Source: Octopus vulgaris (lineage: Eukaryota). Taken from it: a stretch of 64,000 nucleotides of DNA. The notes beneath the pieces were generated by a model that saw nothing but the letters and a program-made list of their open reading frames with translations, ran no database searches and was not told the DNA's origin. This document shows, one piece after another, positions 42,529 to 54,739 of the stretch (position 1 is its first letter; each line of letters starts with the position of its first letter). Both the position numbers and the translations under genes were made by a program. The stretch lies in NCBI GenBank assembly GCA_951406725.2, contig OX597819.1:108934001-108998000 (forward strand). The letters run 5' to 3'.

Positions 42529-45465
42529 CTATGGCGTACCGATGTTTATTTGGCCACCCCTTAAAAGTTCTAAAAGTTCAAAACGCCAAAAACCGAATAA
42601 TACAGGTATATATGTATGCAAAATAAGAAGACAAACTGTAGCAACTATTTATTCCCCCCAAATTTACTTTTATTATGTTTATACACAAAAAGTAATAGGA
42701 AAAATATGTCAAAGAATAGAAGATGAGTGAATTACAAAAATAAATGACTTACAAATTGATTTTACGTGCCTTCCTCTTCGCGAAATCTTGAATGATTTCA
42801 TCAAAATTAATTTTATCCGCAAGGTCGCGCTTATTTGACTTATTGTTGACCTGAGGTGGTTTAGTTTAGAAAAGGACCGCTCGCAGCTAGAAACACTAAT
42901 GGCACGAGTTAGGAAGACTCTTAAAAGTATTACAATATTTGGCAATGAATCAATAAGATTATATTTCTGAATAAACTGAAGAACTTGCAAAGGCCCTTCC
43001 ATGTCTTCAGCGTCAGCAGCTCCCAAATAATTTTGCAGTCTTGCCCTTTCGACTAGAAAGTCTTCTCTTTTAATATTCTTATCAAAAGCATCTACATCAC
43101 AATTACACACTTTATCTAACAAATTGGACGGTGTGGGAAAGGTGTATTTCTTTGCAATATCGTGAAGTCTTTCGAATCTATAGGTTTTTTCTTCAACCAG
43201 TCTATCTATCACTGACAACATTTCTCTTCTTAGCTCAGCGTCGTAACTGAGAGTGGAATCGATACTTTCTTCGTAGCCCATTCTTTTCTTTTTGCGAATT
43301 CGACGCTCTGTGCTGATTCCCATATCAGAGTAATTTTCGCTTGAATAGGGCAACGCGTCATTTACTGTTTTGTTTCTGCTAACAAGTAGAGAAGTTTTTC
43401 AAGGCTGATAGTTTAATGACACATTGTTGCAATTCCAGACCTTTCGTTTGGAGGTACTTTTGAGTGTCATTAATTTCAGGAAGTATATCTCTCCAAAGGC
43501 CAAAAAATGACAAGAAAGAAAATGGCAGCATCGCCTGAAGAATTAAACCTGCATCAGACCTCGTAGTTGCGTTTTCTGCATTTTCCATCAACCGTTTAAG
43601 CGCAGCGAAGATTTCCGTGAATTTTGTATGTACAGCTTTCACTGCATCTGCTCGACTACTCCATTTCGTTTCCCCAGCCTGTTTGATAGTTGCACTTGTT
43701 ATCTCAATCAAAATATCCCATCGATGAGTTGAGGCTGAGAAGAATGAAAATAAACGGTCCAATGTACCAAAAAATGTAACTGGATCTGCACCAGCTGAAG
43801 CTGCATACACAGCTGCTAAATTCAGAGAGTGATCGGTACATGGCACAAATACAATCTTTGGATTAACTTCTGTGATGCGCGCTTGAACACCGAATCGATG
43901 ACCTGCCATTACTGACGCATTATCAAATGCTTGTCCACGAAAGTCTTGAATGTTAATGTCTTCCATTTCTAATTCATTCAGAATCATTGATGTAATTTGC
44001 TCAGCATTTTTGCCTTTCATCTCGATAAAACGAACAAAGGATTCTTCTACTTTTACTTCTTTTTCACCTGTTTTAACATAACGTAGCACCTGAGAAATTT
44101 GGTCAATATGAGAAATGTCTGGAGTACTATCAAAAATAATGCAATAGTATTTACTCTGTCTCACTTCATCGATAACTTTCTTTCTCACTTGATCTCCCAA
44201 TGGGAAGTTGTAAACTTATCAATTTTTACTTTTACCAAACGTTCATGTAGCATTGGGTCGAATTTTCCAATAAGTTGAACAAGCTCCAAAAAATGTCTTT
44301 TATTTTCATTTGCCTTCTCAACTCGAATGTCTTTTCTCTGGCCTCGTAAAGCTAGGTTTTGCTTAGCAAGAAACATAATTATGTTCAAAAATCTAGTCAG
44401 GATTTGCTTCCATTTCTTTGTTTCATTTTCAACAAGAGTTTGTTGTTCTTTGTCTATTACCTTGCCTTTGAAAAGGCGAATTTCTAGCTCTTTCCACTGA
44501 GTGAACGCATTCTCATGTGCATGGCTAGATTCATGTTCTTGTATCTTGGGATTCAATTTCCACCAAGATTTGAAACTATCAACTGAACAAAACTTTGAGT
44601 TTTCACTCGAAAATAGCTTACAACAAAAGCAAAACACGGCTTCTTTCGATGGAGAGTATATCATTCAAGTTCTCAAGATTTTTCCCCGTTTTGTAAAGTT
44701 CGAAAAAATAAATTTCTTGACAGTCTTCTAGTCTCCCCTTTCAGTTTTGCTATTTGTCCTGGAGGTACAACTTCTTTAAATTCACAGTCAATATTTTGCA
44801 CAGCGTTCGATCCTTGTTATACAAGGATTTCCCGAATACCGTCATCATGATTAAACTTAGCAGGCTACATCCCAATGTCTTCCAAATTAATATTAGAGTT
44901 TTGTTCTTCAGTAGTTTGTGGTGGATCAACATCAACTTCATCTTCTATCTTCTTTTCAAGTTGCACTTCATTAACAATATCATCTCCATGACCTTCTACA
45001 GTAATACCAATTTCGTCTGGACGGTCGGGTCTGATGAGAAATTTAATTATGGCACCTTCGTTTCGCCTTTCTTTTTCTTCTCCCGTTTTTCTTTTCATTT
45101 TTTCTTTTTTCGAAATGCTGCATCGCTGTCCTTAATTCGCTTCATCTCAAATTATATCAGTGATATCGTAAATTTATATGAATAAAACCAAATAGAGTAT
45201 AGACCAACCTAAAAATTAATCAACTTTCTGAATATCATCGACACAAACACAACATTACTGTATTAACAATATTTTACTGTATATTACACAATATTAACAC
45301 ACAATACAAGTTTACCGATGATAGATTTAAATTTCAAAGAAATCTTAATAGCAACTATACATTATTAAAGTCTATAATATTTATACTGCATTTTTATTAA
45401 TGATATATCAATACAAATAAATTGTGCCGCCCGGGGTGGACAGCCCCCGTCTTGGTACGTCACTG
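42529..45465 (-). mobile_element. Full-length hAT DNA transposon (2937 bp)
   Basis: Perfect 8-bp TSD ATCAAATA at 42521-42528 and 45466-45473; imperfect 12-bp TIRs CTATGGCGTACC / GGTACGTCACTG; internal transposase. Confidence 0.93.
42749..45145 (-). pseudogene. Frameshifted hAT transposase (ZMYM1-like: TTF-type Zn finger, DUF4371-like region, hAT dimerisation domain)
   Basis: Fragments YSPSKEAVFCFCCKLF..HESSHAH, FLAKQNLALRG, IIFDSTPDISH, GQAFDNASVMAG, CTDHSLNL, TKWSSR, SCERSFSKL, INFDEIIQDFAKRKARK are split over five or more frame segments. Confidence 0.93.
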
Positions 45466-45782
45466 ATCAAATAATACACAATAAACTTCAAATAAGCCAT
45501 ATAATTTGCAAAACATATCTGGGAACGAGTAACCAAGAGATCCTCTAAGTATTTACTCGACTGGCAAGAAATAATAACCAATTCTACCTCAAATACCACC
45601 CAGTCACCTTAAAAGAAGGAAATGGTTAGGGACAGTAGGTTCCTAAATGCACAGTGTCTGAAAATTATCTGATTGGAACCGGAACACCTTTCACCAAAGA
45701 TCTGTTCGGTCCGTGCCGCCAAACAGCAACATGCGACATGCGTGGATTAGAGCTAAAGCTCATTCTCTATATTGGCTCTAAA

Positions 45783-46112
45783 TCGCATGGCTCAGTGGTT
45801 AGAGCGTCGAGCTTACGATCATGAGGTTGTGAGTTCGAATCCCGGACCGGGCTGCGTGTAGTGTTCTTGAGCAAGACACTTTATTTCACGTTGCTCCAAT
45901 TCACTCAGCTGTAGAAATGAGTTGCGACGTCACAGGTGCCAAGCTGTATCGGCCTTTGCCTTTCCCTTGGAAAACACTGGTGGCGTGGAGAGGGTAGGCT
46001 GGTATGCATGGGCGACTGCTGGTCTTCCATAAACAACCTTGCCCAGACTTGTCCCTGGGAGGGTAACTTTCTAGGTGCAATCCCACGGTCAGTCATGACC
46101 GAAGGGGGTCTC
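45783..46112 (+). mobile_element. SINE family C, tail variant 2
   Basis: TGGCTCAGTGG (A box), GAGTTCGAATCCC (B box), CORE-like CTTGAGCAAGACACTTTATTTCAC..CAGCTGTAGAAATGAG. Confidence 0.88.
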
Positions 46113-46392
46113 AAAATTGGTTAGTGTCGCATATCTCTTGTTGGTACATGGATTTAAAACACTCGTCTTTCAACAACAGGCAAGAACTGTGCAACGCTAA
46201 TTGGTTCATATAACATTACCAATCTGGGATGTTAGTCATACCACTATTCGTCCACACATATCTGTGAGGATCAGAGTTAAATCTCATTATCTATTTTTCA
46301 CTTGATAATGGCTTTATTTTTAAACCGAAATATTGAAATATAAGATAAAAGAAGTAAACCTTTGTTTTTGTTTAGCTTTGTTTTACTCCTAT

Positions 46393-46599
46393 ACTCTTAC
46401 TCTTTACTCTTTTACTTGTTTCAGTCATTTGACTGCGGCCATGCTGGAGCACCGCCTTAAGTCGAGCAAATCGACCCCGGGACTTATTCTTTGCAAGACC
46501 AGTACTTATTCTATCGGTCTCTTTTGTCGAACCGCTAAGTGACGGGAACGTAAACACACCAGCATCGGTTGTCAAGCAATGCTAGGGGGACAAACACAG

Positions 46600-46644
<45 letters not shown>

Positions 46645-46785
46645 TACGACAGGCTTCTTTCAGTTTCCGTATACCAAATCCACTCACAAGGCATTGGTCG
46701 GCCCGGGGCTATAGCAGAAGACACTTGCCCAAGATGCCATGCAGTGGGACTGAACCCGGAACCATGTGGTTGGTTAGCAAGCTAT
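46393..46785 (-). mobile_element. SINE family A
   Basis: Near full length. Confidence 0.92.
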
Positions 46786-46920
46786 TTCAAATTTGCATCG
46801 TTGTGGCAGTCTAAATCATTTTTAATTACATGCATCTAAACATCTACATACGTATATATATCCACCTATATATGTGTTTATATGTGTGTGTATAGATATA
46901 TATGTATGTGTGTAAATATA

Positions 46921-47139
46921 AGAGAGGGTGCTGAAAAGTTCATGGCTTTGGGTAAAAGAAAGTACAGCAGGATCTGTTAATTGTGATTTTACTCAACATA
47001 TTCCCCGCTCAGATTCGCACACTTATTGCAGCGGTCCTTCAGTTTTTCTAAATCCTGTAAAAGAACTCGGAAGATTGGGCCTCCAACCAAGCCTTTCACG
47101 ACACCCTTAAAGCCAGTGACTTTTTCCAGTACACCCTCG
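46921..47139 (-). mobile_element. Mariner-derived MITE
   Basis: TA-flanked imperfect ~28-bp TIRs GAGGGTGCTGAAAAGTTCATGGCTTT / AAAGCCAGTGACTTTTTCCAGTACACCCTC; the minus strand keeps a transposase-like end LEAQSSEFF..KDRCNKCANLSGEYVE. Confidence 0.8.
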
Positions 47140-47151
47140 TATATATATTCA

Positions 47152-47345
47152 AAATGTGACTGCGTGTGTACCGTTGCCGATTTTTTTTCCTCCGTCTTCC
47201 CTTCTTTGGATCTTTCCTTTTCCTATGTTTCTGACGAAGAGCTCCGCTCGAAACGTTAAACCCTCTTTCTTTCCTTCTTTCCTGAGCGTCCAATAACATT
47301 ATACTTGTTCCACGTCCTCGTGTTGTTGTGTTTTCATGTTTGGAT

Positions 47346-47433
<88 letters not shown>

Positions 47434-47642
47434 AAGTTAATCCAAACAAGAAAGCACAAAAAACACAACAACGCGAGGACGTGGAACGAATATAGTATTA
47501 TTTGATGCTCAGGAAAGAAGGAAAGAAAGAGGGTTTAACGTTTCAAACGGAGCTCTTCGTCGGAAACATAGGAGAAGGAAAGATCCAGAGAAGGGAAGAC
47601 AGAGGGAAAAAAATCGCCAACGGTACACAAGAGGTCACATTT
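47152..47642. mobile_element. Inverted pair of hammerhead-bearing ~200-bp elements around (TA)n
   Basis: 47152-47350 is the reverse complement of 47435-47642, with an ~84-bp (TA)n spacer. Confidence 0.88.
47227..47261 (+). ncRNA. Minimal type I hammerhead ribozyme motif
   Basis: GTTT-CTGACGA-A-GAGC-tcc-GCTC-GAAAC-GTT-AAAC. Confidence 0.72.
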
Positions 47643-47749
47643 ATATATGATTTTTTTTTTGATTTTTCCAGTTTCAGCTAATGAGCTGTGGCCATGCTGG
47701 GGCACCGCCATTTATATATTAATAATTAATATATATATTAATAATTAAT

Positions 47750-47933
47750 ATTTTTTGATAATTTTGTTACATATTTAAATAATATAAATTAATCATATGT
47801 ATTGGCTTAAGTCTTTCATTGTTTGATTTGCCTAATAGTGGTTTTGTCTCTAATTTAATATAATATAATATTTTACTATAAAATTGGATTCAATCCTAAA
47901 TCTGATTTTTCCCTGTAAGTTTGGATTTATTCC

Positions 47934-47940
<7 letters not shown>
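47750..47940 (-). mobile_element. Second copy of the AT-rich (TA)n-associated element
   Basis: Reverse complement of about 12015-12207. Confidence 0.8.
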
Positions 47941-48003
<63 letters not shown>

Positions 48004-48585
48004 AGAGAGAGAGAACTTAGGTTTGTGGGACGTGCTGCACGTAGCTCTACATTTACCTGATTACGTTTTGTGAAATTTCGGTTACCCGATTGACTGCCAT
48101 GTCATTTTATTCTTTTCGAACTTCAATGAACGCATTACATTTTGTTGAGAAACAAAAATTAGATACTCTGAATATTCTTCAGTGACGTTCATTTCTGTGG
48201 CGTCATTGATACAACCAATAATTGCATTAAGCTCATTTGGAAATTTTCCTTATGTAATTTAAACAAGGAAAAGTCTTTCTTTTCATAAACAGTTTGGATC
48301 ATAAATGATTATTCAAACGGAAATAATTGACTTTTGATAATCAATTACACTTATTGTCAATTAAGTATCGTCACTGTGTACATGTGTGTTTATTATGTGT
48401 GTGTACATATACATACATACATACATACATACATACATACATACATACAAACATATATACATACATACATACATACATATATACATACATACATATATAC
48501 ATACATATATACATCCATACATACATACATACATATATATGTACTATGTATACACACACAATAAACACTCACACATATATGTGTG

Positions 48586-48629
<44 letters not shown>

Positions 48630-48661
48630 GTATGTATGCTTGTATGTATGTATGTATTGTA

Positions 48662-48708
<47 letters not shown>

Positions 48709-49218
48709 CAAATTAAGAGGGAGTCTTATTAGCAATTTGAACCTACATATCTATATGTATATATATGTATACATACACACACATTACTCACAAGCACACA
48801 CATTCACCCTCGTACACATCCCCACGCGCACGCACACATACACACACAGTACACATAGAAGCAGAATGCATGCATATGTATATACATACTCACGCATGCA
48901 CACGTGCATGCACAGACATGCGCTTGGATACACACATGCATACATAAATGTATGCATACCTGCATAGGTACAGCCATACATGCATACACACACACACAAA
49001 CATACACATTTATGTGTGTGTTTGCGTTCTCTGGTGTTAACTGTGGTGTCGAATTGTGTCCCTTGACGTCAAAAAACGTGACTTAGCTATTCAATATATG
49101 GAAATCGATAAAATAATGGACTGAAATAAACACTACAACGATATGATCGATTAAACTCTTGAAAACGGTGCTTAGCATGGCCAAATCTCTGACAGAAACC
49201 AGTAAAAGGTTGTCTGGT

Positions 49219-50003
49219 TGTGTGTGTGTATAGATGTGTGTGTGTGTATAGATGCGTTTGTATAGATGTGTGTGTATAGATGTGTGTGTGTATAGATGTG
49301 TGTGTATAGATGTGTGTGTGTATAGATGTGTGTGTGTATAGATGTGTGTGGGTGTATAGATGTGTGTGTATAGATGTGTGTGTATAGATGTGTGTGTGTA
49401 TAGATGTGTGTGTGTATAGATGTGTGTGTGTGTAGATGTGTGTGTGTATAGATGTGTGTGTATAGATGTGTGTGTATAGATGTGTGTGTGTATAGATGTG
49501 TGTGTATAGATGTGTGTATAGATGTGTGTGTGTATAGATGTGTGTGTGTATAGATGTGTGTGTGTATAGATGTGTGTGTGTATAGATGTGTGTGTGTATA
49601 GATGTGTGTGTATAGATGTGTGTGTATAGATGTATGTGTATAGATGTGTGTGTGTATAAATGTGTGTGTGTATAGATGTGTGTGTGTATAGATGTGTGTG
49701 TGTATAGATGTGTGTGTGTATAGATGTGTGTATAGATGTGTGTGTGTATAGATGTGTGTATGTATAGATGTGTGTGTACAGATGTGTGTGTATAGATGTG
49801 TGTGTATATAGATGTGTGTATATATAGATGTGTGTGTGTATAGATGTGTGTTTGTATAGATGTGTGTGCGTATAGATGTGTGTGTGTATAGATGTGTGTG
49901 TGTATAGATATGTGTATAGATGTGTGTGTGTATAGATGTGTATGTGTATAGATGTGTGTGTGTGTGTATAGATGTGTGTGTGTATAGATGTGTGTGTGTG
50001 TGT
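49219..50003. repeat. Minisatellite TATAGA(TG)n with variable unit length, ~780 bp
   Basis: Seen directly; source of the 366-aa HTHIY ORF. Confidence 0.96.
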
Positions 50004-50519
50004 ATTTGTCTATGTATATCCGCCTCTCACTCCCCCTCTTTCTATATATATATAGAGAGAGAGAGGGGGGAAGAGAGTGACGCACATATACGCACATATA
50101 CGTACACCCATACCTGCACATATGAGCACACACACACACACACACATACACACACATACTTCTTCTCCGCAACCTGTGCTTCAACACATCTCCTCAGTGA
50201 TTATCTTCCATATATCAATGTTGTTGCTGAAGTTGTTGTTGTTGCTACTGCTGCTCCTGCTGCTGCTGTTGTAGCTGTCGTTGCTATAGTGTCGTTGTTA
50301 TTATGGCGAGATTTCTTACATTTTGCTGCTACTGCAGATGCAGCTGCTGTAGCTAACGACGTTATTGTTTAGTCACATGTCTGCTCTGATTGAGTAGATC
50401 GAAATCCTTCCAAGCGTGACCGTCCTGCCATTTCTGTTTTGTTTTTTTTTGCCTCGGTACAGTGCATCAAACAGTGATTTATCCACTGAGCCCTTATTTT
50501 TCAAGACAATGTCCAGGGA

Positions 50520-50660
50520 TGACATAAGGGAGATTTTTTTAGCTGTGGTTTCTAGTGACCACATAGGGACTTCTTTGTTACATCGAACAGTGACATAAGG
50601 GAGATTCTTTAGCTGTGGTTTCTAGTGACCACATAGGGACTTCTTTGTTACATCGAACAG
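50520..50660. repeat. Near-perfect 70-71-bp tandem duplication within a family E copy
   Basis: TGACATAAGGGAGATT..CATCGAACAG occurs twice. Confidence 0.92.
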
Positions 50661-50694
50661 TGGTTCGCAATGTTGATGTAGTTCTTTACTTTTT

Positions 50695-50873
50695 TGTCTT
50701 TTACTTGTTTCAGTTATTAGACTGCGGCCATGCTGGGACACCGCCACGGAGGGTTTTAGTCGAACAACTCGAACCGCTAAGTTATGGGGACGTAAACAAA
50801 CCAACACCGGTTATCAAGCGATGGTGCACAAATGCAAACACAAGGGGCACCTACACACACACATACATATACG

Positions 50874-50905
<32 letters not shown>

Positions 50906-50925
50906 TTTTCTGAGTACCTCATTTC

Positions 50926-50963
<38 letters not shown>

Positions 50964-51112
50964 CGACGGGCTTCTTTCAGATTCTGTCAACCAAATCCAC
51001 TCACAAATTAAGTCGGCCCGGGCCTATAGCTAAAGACACTTGCCCAAGGTGTCACGCAGCGAGACTGAAACCGGAGCCATCAAGTTGGGAAACAAGCTTC
51101 TTACCACACAAC
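50695..51112 (-). mobile_element. SINE family A, diverged
   Basis: Tail and head motifs present. Confidence 0.82.
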
Positions 51113-51117
51113 ACATA

Positions 51118-52135
51118 GTGTTGTTGTTATAGCTAATAACGTTTTTGATGTAAGAAAATGTTGCTATCACCAACGTTATTGTTGTTGCTAACTTTGTTGC
51201 TAACAGTGTTTGTCATAGCAATGTCGTTGTAGCCAACAGTATTGTCGTAGTTAACAGCGTTGGTGTTGTAGCTTAATGTCGTTGTAATTACCAGTGTTGT
51301 AGCTAATGTTATCGTAGCTATCGGTGTAGTTGTTACTGAAGCTACTGATGTTGTTCTTGTAACTAGCGACATTGCATAACACTGTTAGTATTGTAGCTGT
51401 GTTCTTGTTATTATGGTAGGTGACACTGTTCTTGTAGGTAGTAACATTTTTGTTGTAGCTAACAATGATGTAACAAACAACCTTTTTTTTTCTTCTTACA
51501 GTTGCTAAAGCGTTGCTATTGCAGCTGACGATATTGTTGTAGCTAACAAAGTTATTTTGTAGCGAAAGTGCGACTATTGTAGCTGACAGTGTTGTTATGG
51601 CAGCTAACTCTGCACTACTTGTAGCTAATAGTGTTTTATTGCTGCTTCTAATAGTGTTGCTAAGGTAACTCTGTTCTTGTGGCTAACAGCGTTGTTATTG
51701 TAGCTAATAGTGTTGTTATGGTAGTTAACACTGTTATAGACGTGGTTTGTGATATTTCTGCTGTAGTTAGCAGTAACACTATTAACTACAAGTAAAAGCT
51801 GTCAACTACAACTATAACAGTGTGGATTCCTTGTTGTAACTAACAATGTTTTTATTGTAGCCAACAGTGTTGTTACTGTAAGTTAACCGTGTATGACTGT
51901 AACTAAAGCCCTGTTGTTGTAGCTAACAGTGTTGAAGTTGTAGCTAACTTTATTCTTATAGCTAACGATATCTCTGTTATAATTAACAAATACTGTTGTT
52001 GCTAACATTATTATTGTAGTTAAGTGTTGTTGAAGCGTAACAGTTTCGTTTTTATCATTGAATAGTTATGTTGTTCTTTGCTAACACTGTTACGGTTAGT
52101 GATGTTGTTCTTATAGCTAGCATTGTTGTTATCTA
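51118..52135. repeat. Degenerate ~21-bp minisatellite (GTTGTTATTGTAGCTAACAGT-like)
   Basis: TAGCTAAC variants recur at roughly 18-24-bp spacing over 1 kb, with traces to about 54000. Confidence 0.8.
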
Positions 52136-52370
52136 ATAATTATTAGATAATAGAAGACTACGTTATCTAATGTGTCTTTCCTTATTTAAGACGGTGCGGT
52201 GTGATTTTAGGAAGATTTCGCTGGCCTGTTATTGTATTCAATGTTTTTATACCTGGTGCTGCTGTTATTACTAATAGCCAGTGTTGGTCTATCCTGTGTT
52301 TTTCTTATTGTATCTAATGTAGTTATTTTCGCAAGTATTATTGTGTTTATTGTATCTGGTGTCGCATCAA

Positions 52371-52766
52371 CTCTTTTACTTGTTTCAGTCATTTAACTGC
52401 GGCCATGCTGGAACACCGCCTTTAGTCGACCAAATCGACCCCAGGACTTATTCTTTGTAAGCCTAGTACTTATTCTATCGTTCTCTTTTGCCGAGCCGCT
52501 AAGTTACGGGGATGTAAACACACCAGCATCGGTTGTCAAGCGATGTGGGGCGGGGACAAACACAGACACACAAACACACATCACACACATATACATATAT
52601 ACGACGGGCTTCTTTCAGTTTCCGTCTACCAAATCCACTCACAAGGCTTTGGTCGGCCCGAGGCTATAGTAGAAGACACTTGCCCAAGGTGCCACGCAGT
52701 GGGACTGAACCCGGAACCATGTGGTTGGTAAGCAAGCTATTAACCACACAGCCACTCCTGCGCCTA
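52371..52766 (-). mobile_element. SINE family A, young copy
   Basis: Full length with CpGs retained. Confidence 0.94.
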
Positions 52767-53089
52767 TCTAATGATTTTCGTTGTTGTTACGGCTAATTTT
52801 GTTGTTGTTGCTGTTGTTTTAGCTAGCGTTGTAACTAATGATTTTCTTGCAGCGATGGTTGCAGTTAAATTTCTTGTTGTTGTTGTTGTTATGGTTATTC
52901 TAGTTAGCATTGTTGTTGCTGTTTGCTTTATTACATGTAAACTTTCATCTTCGTCGTCGATGTTGTCATTGTTGTTCTTGCTGTCGTTGTTGTTCTTACC
53001 GTTGTTGCTGTTCCTGTTGTTGTTATTGTCGCGGTTGTCATTGTTGTCGCTGGTTTTGTTGTTGTTGTTGTTCTTCTTCTTCTTCTTGT

Positions 53090-53255
53090 GGTGAAAGAGT
53101 ACAGTGGAGTTCACACCCCCACCCCACCCCTGCCGGAGCCTCGTGGAGCTTAGGTATTGTTGCTCAATAAACACTTACAATGCCCGGTCTGGGAATCGAA
53201 ACCGCGTTCTTACGACCGCGAGTCCGCTGCCCTAACCACTGGGCCATTGCGCCTC
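53090..53255 (-). mobile_element. SINE family D, 5' portion only
   Basis: Matches about 28725-28889. Confidence 0.88.
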
Positions 53256-53454
53256 TACTCTTGCTGTCGTTGTTGTTCTTATCGTTGCTGTTGCTCTTGT
53301 TGTTGTTATTGTCGCGGATGTCATTGTTATCGTCGCTGGTTTTGTTGTCGTTGTTGTTGTCGCTGTTGTTGTTGTATTTGGTCTTGTACTTAGGTGTAGC
53401 TAGTGTTGCTGTTTTTGAATCTAGCGATGTTGTAACTAGACTAACTAGTATAGA

Positions 53455-53857
53455 TCTCTTTATTCTCTTTTACTCTTTTACTTGTTTCAATCATTTGACT
53501 GCGGCCATGCTGGAGCACCGCCTTTAGTCGACCAAATCGATCCCAGGACTAGTATTTATTCTATCAGTCTCTTTTGCCAAAGCGCTAAGTTACGGTGACG
53601 TAAACATACCAGCATCAGTTGTCAAGCGATGTTGAGGAGGCAAGCACAGACACACACACATACACACACACACACACACACATACATATATACGACGGGC
53701 TTCTTTCAGTTTCCGTCTACCAAATCCACTCACCAAGGCTTTGGTTGGCCCGAGGCTATAGTAGAAGACACTTGCCCAAGGCGCCACGCAGTGGGACTGA
53801 ACCCGGAACCATGTGGTTGGTAAGCAAGCTACTTACCACACAGCCACTCCTGCGCCT
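53455..53857 (-). mobile_element. SINE family A, young copy
   Basis: Full length. Confidence 0.93.
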
Positions 53858-54240
53858 AGCTGTTGTTTTTGTTGATGTTATTGTATTCAGTGTTGTTGTT
53901 GTTATTGCAGCTAATCTTATTTTTACTGTTTAGCGTTGCATTTATTGTTGCCATTACTGTTGCTTGTAATGTCGTTGTTGCTGTAGTTATTATGGTCTTG
54001 TTCTTATAACCACTATGGTTGCTGTTGTTGTTTAACCCCAGGTCAGCACTGATTGAAGCTGACTTAAAAATAAAAGTTGTTCCAATCGTGACCATCCCAA
54101 CTTTTGTTTCTCGGGGACAAGTGTCCATAGAATGCTTTTTTTTATTATGACAGTGAAAATTTGTAGTTGTTATTTCTAGCAGTTCGAGTGACCATGGTAG
54201 TCGGTGTGTGTGTATGTGTGTGTGTGTCTGTGCCAGAGAA

Positions 54241-54278
<38 letters not shown>

Positions 54279-54301
54279 TAATAAATCCACACTCGCATAC
54301 A

Positions 54302-54361
<60 letters not shown>

Positions 54362-54739
54362 CCCCCATTCCACCTCACACATGCCCCACCCCTCACACAA
54401 ACATCCAAGTCTCTGATAACACACCGGAGAATCAATTTTTACTCTGAGAAACGAACACCTTCGCCATCACCACTACCATCCGCAACATCGACGCCATCAC
54501 CACCACCACCACTATCACCATCATCATCACCGCCACCAATACCATCACCTCTATCAACATCACTATCATCACCAACGCCATCACCACCACCATCACTACC
54601 ACCAGCACCATCACCACTGCCGTCACCTTCACTATCACCACCACTATCATCAATCCACCACTCTTACTACCACCAACACCATCACAACCTACAACAGCAA
54701 CAACGACTACTACCATCACCACCAACACTACAAACACTA

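Noticed and set aside
42749-45145. Domesticated ZMYM1-like host gene
   Set aside because: Multiple frameshifts and stops, no introns, and intact TIR/TSD indicate a dead transposon.
45786-45850. tRNA genes (also 56633-56705 and 28815-28889)
   Set aside because: A and B boxes are present, but cloverleaf pairing is poor and each continues into a SINE body.
49087-50187. 366-aa His/Thr-rich ORF
   Set aside because: Translation of the TATAGA(TG)n minisatellite.
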